Assembly: GCA_963743345.1 (NCBI GenBank)
Contig: CAVUPW010000016.1
Location: forward strand, 506-64,505
DNA from: an uncultured Solirubrobacterales bacterium
GTDB lineage: Bacteria > Actinomycetota > Thermoleophilia > Solirubrobacterales > Solirubrobacteraceae
Direction: 5' to 3'
DNA: 64,000 nt
The notes below the pieces were generated by a model that did no database searches, had not been told where the DNA came from, and saw nothing but the letters and a program-made list of their open reading frames with translations. Below, piece after piece: positions 52,200-61,980 of the stretch. Each line of letters opens with the position of its first letter. Position 1 is the first letter of the stretch. A program made the position numbers and the translations under genes.

Positions 52200-53672
52200 G
52201 TGACGGCCTATCTCAAGCGGCTGGTGAGCTCGCTGGCGGCCTACCAGGTCGCCGACGTGGTGTCGAAGTTCATCGCGGTCCTGCTGCTGCCGGTGTACAC
52301 GCGGTACATCCCGCCGGCCGGCTACGGCGTGGTGGAGCTACTGGCCAACGGGGTGATCCTGATCAGCATCCTGGTCCGCTTCGGAATCATCGAGTCGTTT
52401 CTGCGCTTCTACTTCTCCGACGAGGACCAGGCTCGGCGCGACGCCTTGGCCCGCCGCTCCGTTGCCCTCCTGCTCCTGAGCACCACGATCGCCTCGATCC
52501 CGCTGGCGGTGGCCGCCGCGCCGCTGTCGAAGATCGTCCTCGGCTACCGCGACGCGACCACTTTCCGCATCGCGGTGCTCGGGCTCTGGGCGTTCACCAA
52601 CCTCGAGATGGCCTACGCGCTCCTGCGGGCCGAGGAGCGCCTGCGGACCTACGCCACCGCCTCGCTGATCAACGTGGGGTTCACGATCGGCGCCTCGCTG
52701 GCCCTCGTGGTCGGCCTCGGAGAGGGCGCCCGCGGCCTGCTGCTCGGCAACTACGGCGCCAGCACCGTGGTGCTGCTCGGCCTGTGGTGGACCATGCGCG
52801 ACCGTCTGCTCACGAACCACCAGGGCGTCGAGCCGACCGGCGTGCTCCTGCGTTTCGGCCTGCCCACCGTGCCGGCCGAGGCATCGGTCTACGCGCTCAG
52901 CATCATCGATCGCTACTACATCTACCACCACCGCTCGCCGGGGCTGGCCGGTCTGTACTCGATCGCAATCAAGCTGGCCGGCGCGGTGGCCTTCATCGTG
53001 CGCGCCTTCCAGTACGCCTGGCCGCCGCTGGCCTATTCGGTCCGCGATGATGCCGAGGCTGCCCGACTGTATGGACTGGTGACCACCTACTACCTGCTGG
53101 TGAGCGGCATGGTCGTGGCCGGCCTCGCCCTGCTCGGGCGCTGGGTCCTGCGCCTGCTCGCCGCCCCGGCCTACTTCGGGGCCTACCGGGCCCTGCCTTG
53201 GGTGGCGCTGGGCTGGGCGCTGTACGGCCTGTGGGTCGTGTTCCTGGTCATCGCCGGTCGGGCCAAGGTCACCACGCGCAACTTTCCGGCCGCCCTGGCG
53301 GGCCTGGCCGCGAACGTGATCCTGCTGTTGGTCCTCGTGCCGGCACTGGGCATCGCCGGTGCAGGGATCGCTCTGTGCGGAGCCTACGTGGTGATGATCG
53401 CGGTCATGCACCTGCTCACCCGGCGGGCGTTCGCGGCCGCGTTCGAGTGGCGCCGGCTGGCGCAGCTCGCGCTCGTACTGGGTGGGATGGCCGCTGCCGG
53501 CGAGGAGCTGCTGCCCACCCACGGCGTCGTCGGGTTCATCACCCGGACGGCGGTGTTGGCGGCGATGCCCGGCGTCCTGCTCGCCACCGGGTTCGCGCAC
53601 CGGCAGGAGCTCGAGCAGGCGCGCTCGCTGCTGAGCCGTGCCACGCGGAGGGTGGCGCGTGAGCCGGCCTGA
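52200..53672 (+). CDS. Wzx-type polysaccharide flippase
   Basis: Many TM helices; LLLPVYTRY, LRFGLP..DRY, GLYSIA. Confidence 0.88.
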   Translation: MTAYLKRLVSSLAAYQVADVVSKFIAVLLLPVYTRYIPPAGYGVVELLANGVILISILVRFGIIESFLRFYFSDEDQARRDALARRSVALLLLSTTIASIPLAVAAAPLSKIVLGYRDATTFRIAVLGLWAFTNLEMAYALLRAEERLRTYATASLINVGFTIGASLALVVGLGEGARGLLLGNYGASTVVLLGLWWTMRDRLLTNHQGVEPTGVLLRFGLPTVPAEASVYALSIIDRYYIYHHRSPGLAGLYSIAIKLAGAVAFIVRAFQYAWPPLAYSVRDDAEAARLYGLVTTYYLLVSGMVVAGLALLGRWVLRLLAAPAYFGAYRALPWVALGWALYGLWVVFLVIAGRAKVTTRNFPAALAGLAANVILLLVLVPALGIAGAGIALCGAYVVMIAVMHLLTRRAFAAAFEWRRLAQLALVLGGMAAAGEELLPTHGVVGFITRTAVLAAMPGVLLATGFAHRQELEQARSLLSRATRRVAREPA

Positions 53673-55036
53673 GGGCGATTCCGCGTCGCGCCGGACTGAC
53701 GGTGGCCTCCCGTCCGCGCGCCCCCCGATCAGCGTCGTGATGCCATTCGCCGGCGAGGAGCCGGCCGCCCAGGCCGCGGTGGATGCGCTGCTCGCGCTGG
53801 AACTGCGCCCCGGCGACGAGGTGATCCTGGCCGACAACTCGGGCACCGCCCTGGCGCGCGACGGCGTGGCGGTGATCCCGGCCACCGGAGAGCGGTCCCC
53901 CGCCCGCGCCCGGAACGCCGGCGCCTCCCGCGCCCATGGCGAGTGGATCCTGTTCCTCGACGCCGACTGCCGCGCCCCCCGCGGCCTGCTCGACGCGTAT
54001 TTCGCCGCGCCCGTGGCGGACGACGTCGGGGCGCTGGCCGGCGAGGTGGTGCCCCTCCCGACCAGCGACACGCTCGCCTCGCGCTACGGCTCGGCCCGCG
54101 GTTTCCTCTCCCAGCAGACCCATCTCAGCCATCCGTACCGGCCGCGTGCGGTGGCGGCGAACCTGCTCGTTCGCCGCGCGGCCTTCGAGCAGATCGGCGG
54201 CTTCTACGAGGGCGTCCGGGCGGCCGAGGACACCGATTTCAGCTGGCGTCTGCAGGCGGCGGGCTGGAAGCTCGAGCTGCGTAGACGCGCCCAGGTCGAG
54301 CACCGCTACCGGAGCACGGTGGGCGAGCTTCGCCGCCAGTGGCGCGGCTATGCCGCCGGTCGGGCCTGGCTGGCACGCCGCTACGAGGGATTCGCCCCCG
54401 AGCCGGCGGTGGTCCGGGCTCTCGGGCGTCTGCACCACCGCACCCGCGCTGCGATCGGCCCCGGCGGCACGACCGGTCAGGCGCCGCTGCGGGGTGCGCC
54501 CGCAGTCGAGGCCGGGCGGCTCGAGCGCGGGCGCTACCTGGCGCTCGACGCCCTCCTCTCGGCCGAGGAGCTGGCCGGGCTGGCGCTGTCCAACCGGCCG
54601 ACCGGACGGCGGCGGATCGCGGCGGACGTCGTGGTCGTCGCCGACCGCTTCCCGGTGCGCGGGGATCCGCGGGTGGACTTCGTGTGCGCGCTCGAGCGCG
54701 CCCGGGTCGAGGCGGTCGCCCGTCCCGAGTCGCCCGATGCGCAACTCCCACGCGAGCTGCAGGTCGATTACCGCGAGGACGACGGAATCGCCGCCCGCGT
54801 CGGCGCGCTCCTGGCCGTTCCTCGTGCGCCATCCGTCCGATCCGTCGCCGACCTTGTCGCCCGGCAGCCGGGCGACCCCGGCCTGTCGGCCCTGGCGCCG
54901 GCGGGGCTCCGCCTCCTGCACGACCGCCGGCGGCGGGCGGGTTCGAGTCCACGCGCTGGGGGGCGACGAGACGCGGGCCACCGCCCGGCGGCTGTCGCGG
55001 CTGGCCGGGCGGCCGCTCGACGAGTCCCGGCGCTGA
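53659..55036 (+). CDS. Family 2 glycosyltransferase (frameshift near the 3' end)
   Basis: ISVVMP, PARARNAG, FLDADC, ANLLVRR, EDTDFSWR. The true stop is probably the TGA overlapping the next ATG. Confidence 0.8.
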
Positions 55037-56139
55037 TGCGAGCCCACATCGTCGACCCGTCGGCGTTCACGCCCCCTTACGACCACGCGCTGGCGAGCGC
55101 GCTGGCCCGGGCCGGCGCCGAGGTCGAGCTGATCACCAGCCGGTTCGGCTACGGCTCGGTCCCCGAGCCCGACGGGTACGCCGTGCGCGAGCTGTTCTAC
55201 CGCCATGCCGCCGGTCCCCCGGGATCCCGGACGCGGCTGGCCGCGAAGCTGCTCGAGCACGTGCCCGACATGCTCCGCTACCGCACGGCTGCCCGCGCCG
55301 CCGACGTCGTCCACTTCCAGTGGCTGGCCGTGCAGGCGGTCGATCGCCACCTTCTCCCCGCCCGCCCGACCGTCCTCACCGCCCACGACCTGCTCCCGCG
55401 CGAGCCCCGCCCCGGGCAGGTGCGGGCCCAGCGCCGACTCTACGGCGCCATCGACGCGATCGTCGTGCACTCGGGGTACGGCCGGAACCTCCTCGTGAAC
55501 GGCTTGAACGTCGATCCGGCCAAGGTGAGGGTGATCCGCCACGGCGCGTTCAAGCACCTCACGGCCCAGGCGGGCGAGGCGCCGTTACCTGAGGAGCTCC
55601 AAGCCGTCCAAGCGCCGGTGGTGCTGTTCTTCGGCCTGCTGCGCCCGTACAAGGGCCTCGATACCCTGCTCGGCGCCTGGCGTGGCATCGACGGCGCCGA
55701 ACTGTGGGTGGTGGGCCGCCCACGCATGCCGCTCGAGCCGCTCCGGGCCAGGGCACCGAGGGGCGTCCGGTTCGTTCCGCGCTTCGTCTCTGACGCCGAG
55801 CTGCCGGCGTTCTTTCGCCGGGCCGACATCGTGGTTCTCCCCTACAGTCGGACCGAGCGCCTGGACTGGTCGGGCGTGCTGGCCACCGCGCTCGCCTTCG
55901 GCAAGCCGATCGTGGTCAGCGATGTGGGCGGGTTGGGCGAGGTGGCTGCCGCGGGCGCTGCGCGGCTCGTGCCCCCCGATGATCCTGCGGCGCTTCGGGA
56001 GGCGATCCTCAATCTCTTGACCGATCAGCAGGCGCGCGAGGGCCTCGCCTGGGGCGCGCTCACCGCGGCCAAGGGGCCCTACTCCTGGGAGACGGCGGCC
56101 CGCGAGACGCTGGCCCTCTATCGCGACCTGGTTCCATAG
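55036..56139 (+). CDS. Family 4 glycosyltransferase
   Basis: MRAHIVDPSAFTPPYD, FFGLLRPYKG, ADIVVLPY, SGVLATALAFGKPIVVSDVGGLGE. Confidence 0.88.
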   Translation: MRAHIVDPSAFTPPYDHALASALARAGAEVELITSRFGYGSVPEPDGYAVRELFYRHAAGPPGSRTRLAAKLLEHVPDMLRYRTAARAADVVHFQWLAVQAVDRHLLPARPTVLTAHDLLPREPRPGQVRAQRRLYGAIDAIVVHSGYGRNLLVNGLNVDPAKVRVIRHGAFKHLTAQAGEAPLPEELQAVQAPVVLFFGLLRPYKGLDTLLGAWRGIDGAELWVVGRPRMPLEPLRARAPRGVRFVPRFVSDAELPAFFRRADIVVLPYSRTERLDWSGVLATALAFGKPIVVSDVGGLGEVAAAGAARLVPPDDPAALREAILNLLTDQQAREGLAWGALTAAKGPYSWETAARETLALYRDLVP

Positions 56140-56145
56140 CCCGCC

Positions 56146-57294
56146 GTGACCGCGCTCGCCATCCTCTTCTGGCTCTCGGTCGGCATGATCGTGTACGCCC
56201 ACGCGGGGTATCCGCTGCTGCTCGGGCTGCTCGCCTCGCTGCGCAGCAGGGCTTCGCGACCGGGCCCCCCGGGGCCGGCGGGGGCCTCCGCTGCCCTGCT
56301 CCCGACGGTCTCGGTGATCGTCGCCGCCTACGCCGAGGAGGACGTGATCGCCGAGCGGGTGGGCAACATTCGCGCGCTGGACTACCCGGCCGAGCGGCTG
56401 GAGCTGATCGTCGCCTGCGACGGGTCGCCCGACGCCACCGCGGAGCGTGCCCGCGCCGCCGGCGCCGAGCAGGTGCTCGAGCTGCCTCGCGGCGGCAAGA
56501 TCCGCGCCCAGGACGCTGCGGTCGAGCGCGCTCGGGGCGAGATCGTGGCCTTCTCGGACGCCAACGTGACCTGGGAGCCAGATGCCCTGACTCGCCTCGT
56601 GGCGCCGTTCGCGGATCCCCGCGTCGGCTACGTGTGCGGCGAGGTGCAGCTCCTCGACGCCCGCGGCTCCAACCAGGAGGGGCTCTACTGGCGCTACGAG
56701 CTGGCCCTGCGGTCACTCGAGTCGCGGGTGCGCTCGGTCACCGGCGGCAACGGCGCGATCTACGCCACCCGCCGCGAGGCCTATCTGGTGGTCGACCCGA
56801 TCATGGGCCACGACCTGTCCTTTCCGTTCAACATGGTCAAGCGCGGCTGGCTCGCCCTGGCCGTTCGCGAGGCGCAGGCCAGCGAGAAGATGGTCCCCAC
56901 GATCGAGGGGGAGTTCGCCCGCAAGCGGCGGATGATGAGCCACACCTGGCCGATCGTCCTTCGCGGGGGCATGCTCTCGCCCCGCGGCTATGACCCGCTG
57001 TATGCGCTGATGATCCTCTCGCACCGCATCCTTCGCTACCTGACGCCGTTTCTGCACGTGGTCGCGCTCCTCGCCAGCATCGCGCTGCTCGGCCGTGGAT
57101 GGGTGTACGTGGCCGCGCTCGCGATCCAGATCGCGGTACTGATCGCGGCCGCGCTCGCCGGAGTCATCCGCGCCCGCCCCTTCCTGATCGCGCGCTACTA
57201 CGTGCTGACCACCGCCTCGCTCGCGGCGGGGCTGTGGGACTGGCTGGTGCACGGCACCACCGCGGGCTGGGAGCCGGCGGAGGGAACCCGGTGA
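56146..57294 (+). CDS. Family 2 glycosyltransferase, membrane-bound
   Basis: VSVIVAAYAEE, FSDAN, EGLYWRYE, NGAIYA, and C-terminal TM helices. Confidence 0.88.
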   Translation: MTALAILFWLSVGMIVYAHAGYPLLLGLLASLRSRASRPGPPGPAGASAALLPTVSVIVAAYAEEDVIAERVGNIRALDYPAERLELIVACDGSPDATAERARAAGAEQVLELPRGGKIRAQDAAVERARGEIVAFSDANVTWEPDALTRLVAPFADPRVGYVCGEVQLLDARGSNQEGLYWRYELALRSLESRVRSVTGGNGAIYATRREAYLVVDPIMGHDLSFPFNMVKRGWLALAVREAQASEKMVPTIEGEFARKRRMMSHTWPIVLRGGMLSPRGYDPLYALMILSHRILRYLTPFLHVVALLASIALLGRGWVYVAALAIQIAVLIAAALAGVIRARPFLIARYYVLTTASLAAGLWDWLVHGTTAGWEPAEGTR

Positions 57295-57899
57295 GCGTCA
57301 AGCGCCTGCTCGACCTGGCGATCGCGCTACCGGCCGTGATCGTCACCGCGCCGATGATCGCCCTGCTGGCGCTGGCCATCCGGCTCGAGTCGCCCGGGGA
57401 CCCCATCTACACGCAGACCCGCGTTGGCCAGGACGGCGAGCTGTTTCAGATCTACAAGCTCCGCACGATGGTCCGCGGCGCCGAGTTCACCGGTGCCGGT
57501 TTGGCCATCCAGGAGGGGGACGAGCGGATCACGCGGCTCGGGTCGTTCCTGCGCCGCTACTCGCTCGACGAGTTGCCCAACCTGTGGAACGTGCTGCGCG
57601 GGCAGATGTCGATCGTCGGGCCACGGCCGACGCTGGCCGTGCAGGTCGAGCAGTACACCGAGCGCCAGCGCGGGCGCCTCACGGTCAAGCCCGGGATCAC
57701 CGGCTGGGCCCAGATCAACGGGCGGGCCTCGCTGCCCTGGCCCGAGCGGATCGAGCTCGACCTCTGGTACGTCGAGCACCGGTCGCTGCGCCTCGACCTG
57801 GAGATCCTCGCCCGCACCATGCGGATGGTGCTGGCCGGCGAGGGCATCTACAAGGGCGAGCGCGGCGGATGGATCCCGCCGAGCGACACGCGCGAATGA
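57291..57899 (+). CDS. Initiating sugar-phosphate transferase (Bac_transf family)
   Basis: KRLLDL, YKLRTM, LDELPNLWNVLRGQMSIVGPRP, KPGITGWAQ. Confidence 0.92.
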   Translation: MSVKRLLDLAIALPAVIVTAPMIALLALAIRLESPGDPIYTQTRVGQDGELFQIYKLRTMVRGAEFTGAGLAIQEGDERITRLGSFLRRYSLDELPNLWNVLRGQMSIVGPRPTLAVQVEQYTERQRGRLTVKPGITGWAQINGRASLPWPERIELDLWYVEHRSLRLDLEILARTMRMVLAGEGIYKGERGGWIPPSDTRE

Positions 57900-58936
57900 G
57901 CACTCCCCAGCACGACATGGCGGTCCTCCTCACGGGCGTGGGCAAGCGCTACGACATCGTGTCGGCCTTCGCGCAGCACGCGACAGTGGTTGCCGCCGAT
58001 CCCAACCCGCTGGCGCCGGCCCAGTACGCCGCCCACCACCGCCACGCCGTGCCGCGCATCGAGGACCCCGAGTACGTGCCGGCGCTGCGCGCGCTGTGTG
58101 ATGACTACGGCGCCCGCGCCGTGGTGCCGCTGACCGACCTCGACCTCGAGGTGCTCGGGCAGGCTCGCGTCGACGGCCACCTCCCCGCCTTCGTGCCCGA
58201 TCCGGAAATCGCCCGCGCCACCTTCGACAAGTACGAGGCTCACCTGCTGCTCGAGCGCCTCGCGCTGCCCTCGCCACCCACCGTGCTGCCGGGCGACCCG
58301 GTCGACAGCTTCCCGGTCATGGTCAAGCCGCGCTGGGGATCGGGAGCCCGCTCGATCCACCGCGCCGATGACCAGCACGCCGCCGACTTCTTCGTGGGCT
58401 ACATCCCCGAGCCGACCATGGTGCAGCGCTTCATGGACGGACCGGAGTTCTCGATCGACGTCCTGTGCGACCTGCGCGGGCGCTGTCTGAACGCGATTCC
58501 CCGCACGATGATCGAGTCGCGCGGTGGCGAGTCGATCAAGGGCAAGGTGATCGCGGACAGCGAGCTGATCGACCTCGGCCGCCGGGTATCCGAGGCTTTG
58601 CACGTCCGCGGGCCGTGCACGATCCAGGTCTTCCGCGACAAGGAGATCGGGATCGGGATCACCGATGTCAACACGCGCTTCGGCGGCGCCTTCCCCGCCC
58701 CCATGTACGCGGCGCTGCCCGGGCGCACCTACCCCGAGCTGATCGTCCGCATGGCCCGGGGCGAGGAGATCGACCCGCACGTCGGCGAGTTCCGCGCCGG
58801 CCTCACCTTCACCCGCTACTACTGGCAGCTCGAGCTCGACGAGACGCTCCAGCCGACCGGCCGGGACATCGTGGACCCGCCGGGCCCGCCGGCGCCGCGC
58901 CGGATCGCTGACTTGGGCGGCCCGGACCCCGAGTAA
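57896..58936 (+). CDS. ATP-grasp domain protein (CarB-like, polysaccharide-associated)
   Basis: VLLTGVGKR, FDKYE, VKPRWGSGA, QRFMDGPEFSID, DVNTRFGG. Confidence 0.85.
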   Translation: MSTPQHDMAVLLTGVGKRYDIVSAFAQHATVVAADPNPLAPAQYAAHHRHAVPRIEDPEYVPALRALCDDYGARAVVPLTDLDLEVLGQARVDGHLPAFVPDPEIARATFDKYEAHLLLERLALPSPPTVLPGDPVDSFPVMVKPRWGSGARSIHRADDQHAADFFVGYIPEPTMVQRFMDGPEFSIDVLCDLRGRCLNAIPRTMIESRGGESIKGKVIADSELIDLGRRVSEALHVRGPCTIQVFRDKEIGIGITDVNTRFGGAFPAPMYAALPGRTYPELIVRMARGEEIDPHVGEFRAGLTFTRYYWQLELDETLQPTGRDIVDPPGPPAPRRIADLGGPDPE

Positions 58937-58992
58937 CGGTCCATTCACGGCTCACGCGGCCGTGTGGGCGACCTGGACGTGCCGGCGCGCGC

Positions 58993-59832
58993 TCAGGCCC
59001 GTGCCGCCGTGCGGGTCCGCTCAGCGCCGCTCGAGCCGCCCCAGCACTCCTCGACGAACCGCGCGATCTTGCCGGTCAGGCGCTCCGGGCTGACCCGCAG
59101 CTCGATGATCGAGTTGGCGTCGATCAGGCGGCCGCCCGGCAGCTCGGCGGCCAGCATGTCGGCGTCCGAGAACGGATGCAGGGGATCGCGCGGATGCCCG
59201 ATGACCAGCGCCGGCGCCTCGAAGGTCTGGCGCACGGACCGCTCGGGGGCGGTGCGGCCGAACAGGATCCCCTGGAGCACCGCACCGCTTGGTCCAGGGT
59301 CCTGGGCGATCCAGTCGAGCACCAACTCGGCCATGAACGGGACGACCTGCCGTGGGACACGGCGTGCCGCGAAGGCGAGCCCCTTCATCGCGGGCTCGCC
59401 GTAGGTGAGCGCGAACAGCAGTGGCGCGAAGGCGGCCGCGGCGACCGGGATCGCCTTGTCCAGCACCGGCATCTCGATGATCATCCCCCGCACGCGCTCG
59501 GGGGCCAGCGCCGCCACCTCCAGGGTGACGTTGGCGCCGAGCGAGGTGCCGCCCACGACGGCCTGCTCGAGCTCGAGGTGGTCGAGCAGAGCGACGGCTT
59601 GGCGGGCGAACTCGGGCATCGAGTAGTGCCCCATCTCCTGCGGGCGGTCCGAGTCGCCGTGGCCGAGGAAGTCGAAGGTCACGACCCGGTTGCCATGGCC
59701 GGCCAGGTCGGCGGCCAGCGGCGTTTGCATCTTCTGTGAGAGCAGCAATCCCGGCATCAGGATCGTGGTGTGGGGTCCCTTGCCGTGAATCGTGTAGGCG
59801 AGCTTGTGCCCTTCGTAGCCGAAGAACGCCAT
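58993..59832 (-). CDS. Alpha/beta fold hydrolase
   Basis: DFLGHGDS, GTSLGA nucleophile elbow, GHPRDPLHPFSD. Confidence 0.85.
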   Translation of the reverse strand: MAFFGYEGHKLAYTIHGKGPHTTILMPGLLLSQKMQTPLAADLAGHGNRVVTFDFLGHGDSDRPQEMGHYSMPEFARQAVALLDHLELEQAVVGGTSLGANVTLEVAALAPERVRGMIIEMPVLDKAIPVAAAAFAPLLFALTYGEPAMKGLAFAARRVPRQVVPFMAELVLDWIAQDPGPSGAVLQGILFGRTAPERSVRQTFEAPALVIGHPRDPLHPFSDADMLAAELPGGRLIDANSIIELRVSPERLTGKIARFVEECWGGSSGAERTRTAARA

Positions 59833-59858
59833 CCGTTCAGAATACCCTTTGTTTGTCG

Positions 59859-59876
59859 ACTGGCTGGTCAGCCAGT
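59859..59876. promoter_or_regulatory. Palindromic operator candidate (TetR-like)
   Basis: ACTGGCTG-gt-CAGCCAGT, perfect 8-bp arms between the divergent hydrolase and SDR genes. Confidence 0.5.
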
Positions 59877-59926
59877 ACTTCGCCCGGTACCGTGCAAGGG
59901 CAACATCAAGAGGAGGACTCTGGAAA

Positions 59927-60817
59927 ATGGCAAAGACTTTGCGATCGCTGAACGGATGGGTGATCGCGATCACCGGCGGGGGGCGCGGGATCGGCCGCGC
60001 CACTGCGGCTGCGCTCATCGCGAAGGGGGCGCGGGTGGCGATCGGCGACATCGATGCGCCGCTGGCCGAGAAGACCGCGTCCGAACTGGGCTCCGGGACG
60101 GTCGGCCTGCCGCTCGACGTGACCGACCGCGACAGTTTTGCGGCCTTCCTCGACGAGGTCGAGCGCCAGCTGGGCCCCCTGGACGTGCTGGTCAACAACG
60201 CCGGGATCATGCCGATCGGGTCGTTCGACCAGGAGAGCGACGCGTTGTCGGCCAAGCTGGTCGACATCAACCTCATGGGCGTGATCATCGGTTCCAAGCT
60301 GGCACTCCAGCGCTTCCGCCCGCGCGGCCGCGGGCACATCGTCCAGCTGGCCTCGATCGCCGGCAAGGGCGGGTTCCCGGGCGGCGCCACGTACTGCGCG
60401 ACCAAGCACGCGGTGGTCGGCCTCACCGAATCGCTGCGGGTGGAGCTGCGCGGCACCGGGATCGAGCTGCACCAGGTGCTACCGATCGGCGTCAACACCG
60501 AGCTTTACTCTGGTGTCTCGCAGGCGCGCGGCTTCTCGACGCCCGAGCCCGAGGACGTCGCGAACGCGATCGTCGGGCTGCTCCAGACCAGCCAGTTCCA
60601 GACCTTCGTGCCCAAGCGGCTGGACGCGGTGGTGCGCTTCAACGCCGTCATGCCTCGTCGATTCGCCGAGGCGGTCACCCGGATGTTCAAGGGCGACCGC
60701 GTGTTGCTGTCCGCCGACGCGAGCGCGCGTGCCGCCTACGACGCCAGGGTGGCGCAGCATGTCAACGGATCGCCGGGGGCCGTTCCCGCGCCGGAGAAGG
60801 ACCGCATAGCTAGCTAA
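59927..60817 (+). CDS. Short-chain dehydrogenase/reductase
   Basis: TGGGRGIG, NNAG, YCATK. GAGGA SD precedes the ATG at 59927. Confidence 0.92.
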   Translation: MAKTLRSLNGWVIAITGGGRGIGRATAAALIAKGARVAIGDIDAPLAEKTASELGSGTVGLPLDVTDRDSFAAFLDEVERQLGPLDVLVNNAGIMPIGSFDQESDALSAKLVDINLMGVIIGSKLALQRFRPRGRGHIVQLASIAGKGGFPGGATYCATKHAVVGLTESLRVELRGTGIELHQVLPIGVNTELYSGVSQARGFSTPEPEDVANAIVGLLQTSQFQTFVPKRLDAVVRFNAVMPRRFAEAVTRMFKGDRVLLSADASARAAYDARVAQHVNGSPGAVPAPEKDRIAS

Positions 60818-60832
60818 GGGCCCGCGGGCCCT

Positions 60833-60966
60833 AACCCAGGGCGCGTCGGGCGTCAACGGCAGGATTAGCGGAAACGCCCGCGCGCCGGCCTTGGCCGCCG
60901 CGCTCGTAAACGGCGCGTCATACCCCGCGATCACCTCGTCGCCCGGGTCGTTCAAGCGTCGCTCAT
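60833..60966 (-). pseudogene. Remnant of a second haloalkane dehalogenase paralog
   Basis: DPGDEVIAGYDAPFTSAAAKAGARAFPLILPLTPDAP aligns with the upstream gene's PPANVVAAYEVPFPNPASKAGARAFPLILPTSPQ. Confidence 0.7.
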
Positions 60967-61859
60967 CGCTTCGCCGGCACCTCGGCCCTCAGCCATCTCA
61001 GGATCGAGCGGCCCACCTGGTGGCCCGCGTCTTCCTGTAGGTAGTGCCCGACGCCCGGGATCGCGTGGTCGATCTCGGCGCCGATCGCGCGGGCGAACCG
61101 CCACCCGGCCTGGATGGGCAGGATCGGGTCGGCCTCGCCCCAGATGAGCAGCTTGGGCCGGGGATCGGGGCCGAGCCGTTCGAGCACGCGCTGGCCGGTG
61201 GCGGCCCCTCTCATCTGCGGCGAGGTGGGCAGGATCAGCGGGAACGCACGCGCCCCGGCCTTGGACGCCGGGTTCGGGAACGGCACCTCGTAAGCCGCTA
61301 CCACGTTCGCGGGTGGCGCGATCCTGCATCCGGCGCGGATCATGAACGCCACGGGCAGGTCCTCGCTGCGCGCAGCCAGCTCGCGGAACGCCATCCACGC
61401 GTCGGTCATCTTCTGGTGGCCGGTGAACAGGCCGGTGTTCAGCACCACCATGCGCCCGACCCGGTTGGGGTTCTCGACCGCCACGCGCAGCCCGATCGGC
61501 CCGCCCCAGTCGTGCACGACGATCGTGGCGTCCTCGAGCTTCAGCTCGTCGAACAGCGCCGCGATGCTGTCGGTGTGGCGGTCATAGCTGTACCACTCGA
61601 TGTCGATCGGCTTGTCCGAGCGCCCGAAGCCGGGCAGGTCGGGGGCGATGCAGCGGTAACCCGCCTCGCGGATCGGCTGGATCACCTTGCGCCAGAGAAA
61701 CGACCACGTCGGCTCTCCGTGGATGAACACCACCGGCGGCCCCTTGCCCTCGTCGATGTGCGCCAGCCGCAGCCCCTCGAACTTTCGGTACCTCGGCTTG
61801 AAGGGGAACTCGGGCAGGTTGGCCAGGAGCTTGTCGGGAGTGCGTACGACGCTGGGCAC
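60963..61859 (-). CDS. Haloalkane dehalogenase (DhlA/DhmA type)
   Basis: HGEPTWSFLW, PDLPGFGRSDKP, VHDWGG, GHYLQED. Confidence 0.92.
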   Translation of the reverse strand: MPSVVRTPDKLLANLPEFPFKPRYRKFEGLRLAHIDEGKGPPVVFIHGEPTWSFLWRKVIQPIREAGYRCIAPDLPGFGRSDKPIDIEWYSYDRHTDSIAALFDELKLEDATIVVHDWGGPIGLRVAVENPNRVGRMVVLNTGLFTGHQKMTDAWMAFRELAARSEDLPVAFMIRAGCRIAPPANVVAAYEVPFPNPASKAGARAFPLILPTSPQMRGAATGQRVLERLGPDPRPKLLIWGEADPILPIQAGWRFARAIGAEIDHAIPGVGHYLQEDAGHQVGRSILRWLRAEVPAKR

Positions 61860-61980
61860 GATTTCGGAAACTAGCGCCCGCGAGGCGGTTTAGGGCCCGT
61901 AGAGAATTATTGGCGGTCTGGACGGCGTCAACCACGCCCAGCCACTCGCCAATCTCCACCACCTGATTCTGCGCGGGCCC

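Noticed and set aside
53638-56139. Apparent 833-aa GT2-GT4 fusion
   Set aside because: A TGATG stop/start overlap at 55034-55038 and an alternative-frame C-terminus indicate two genes joined by an indel error.
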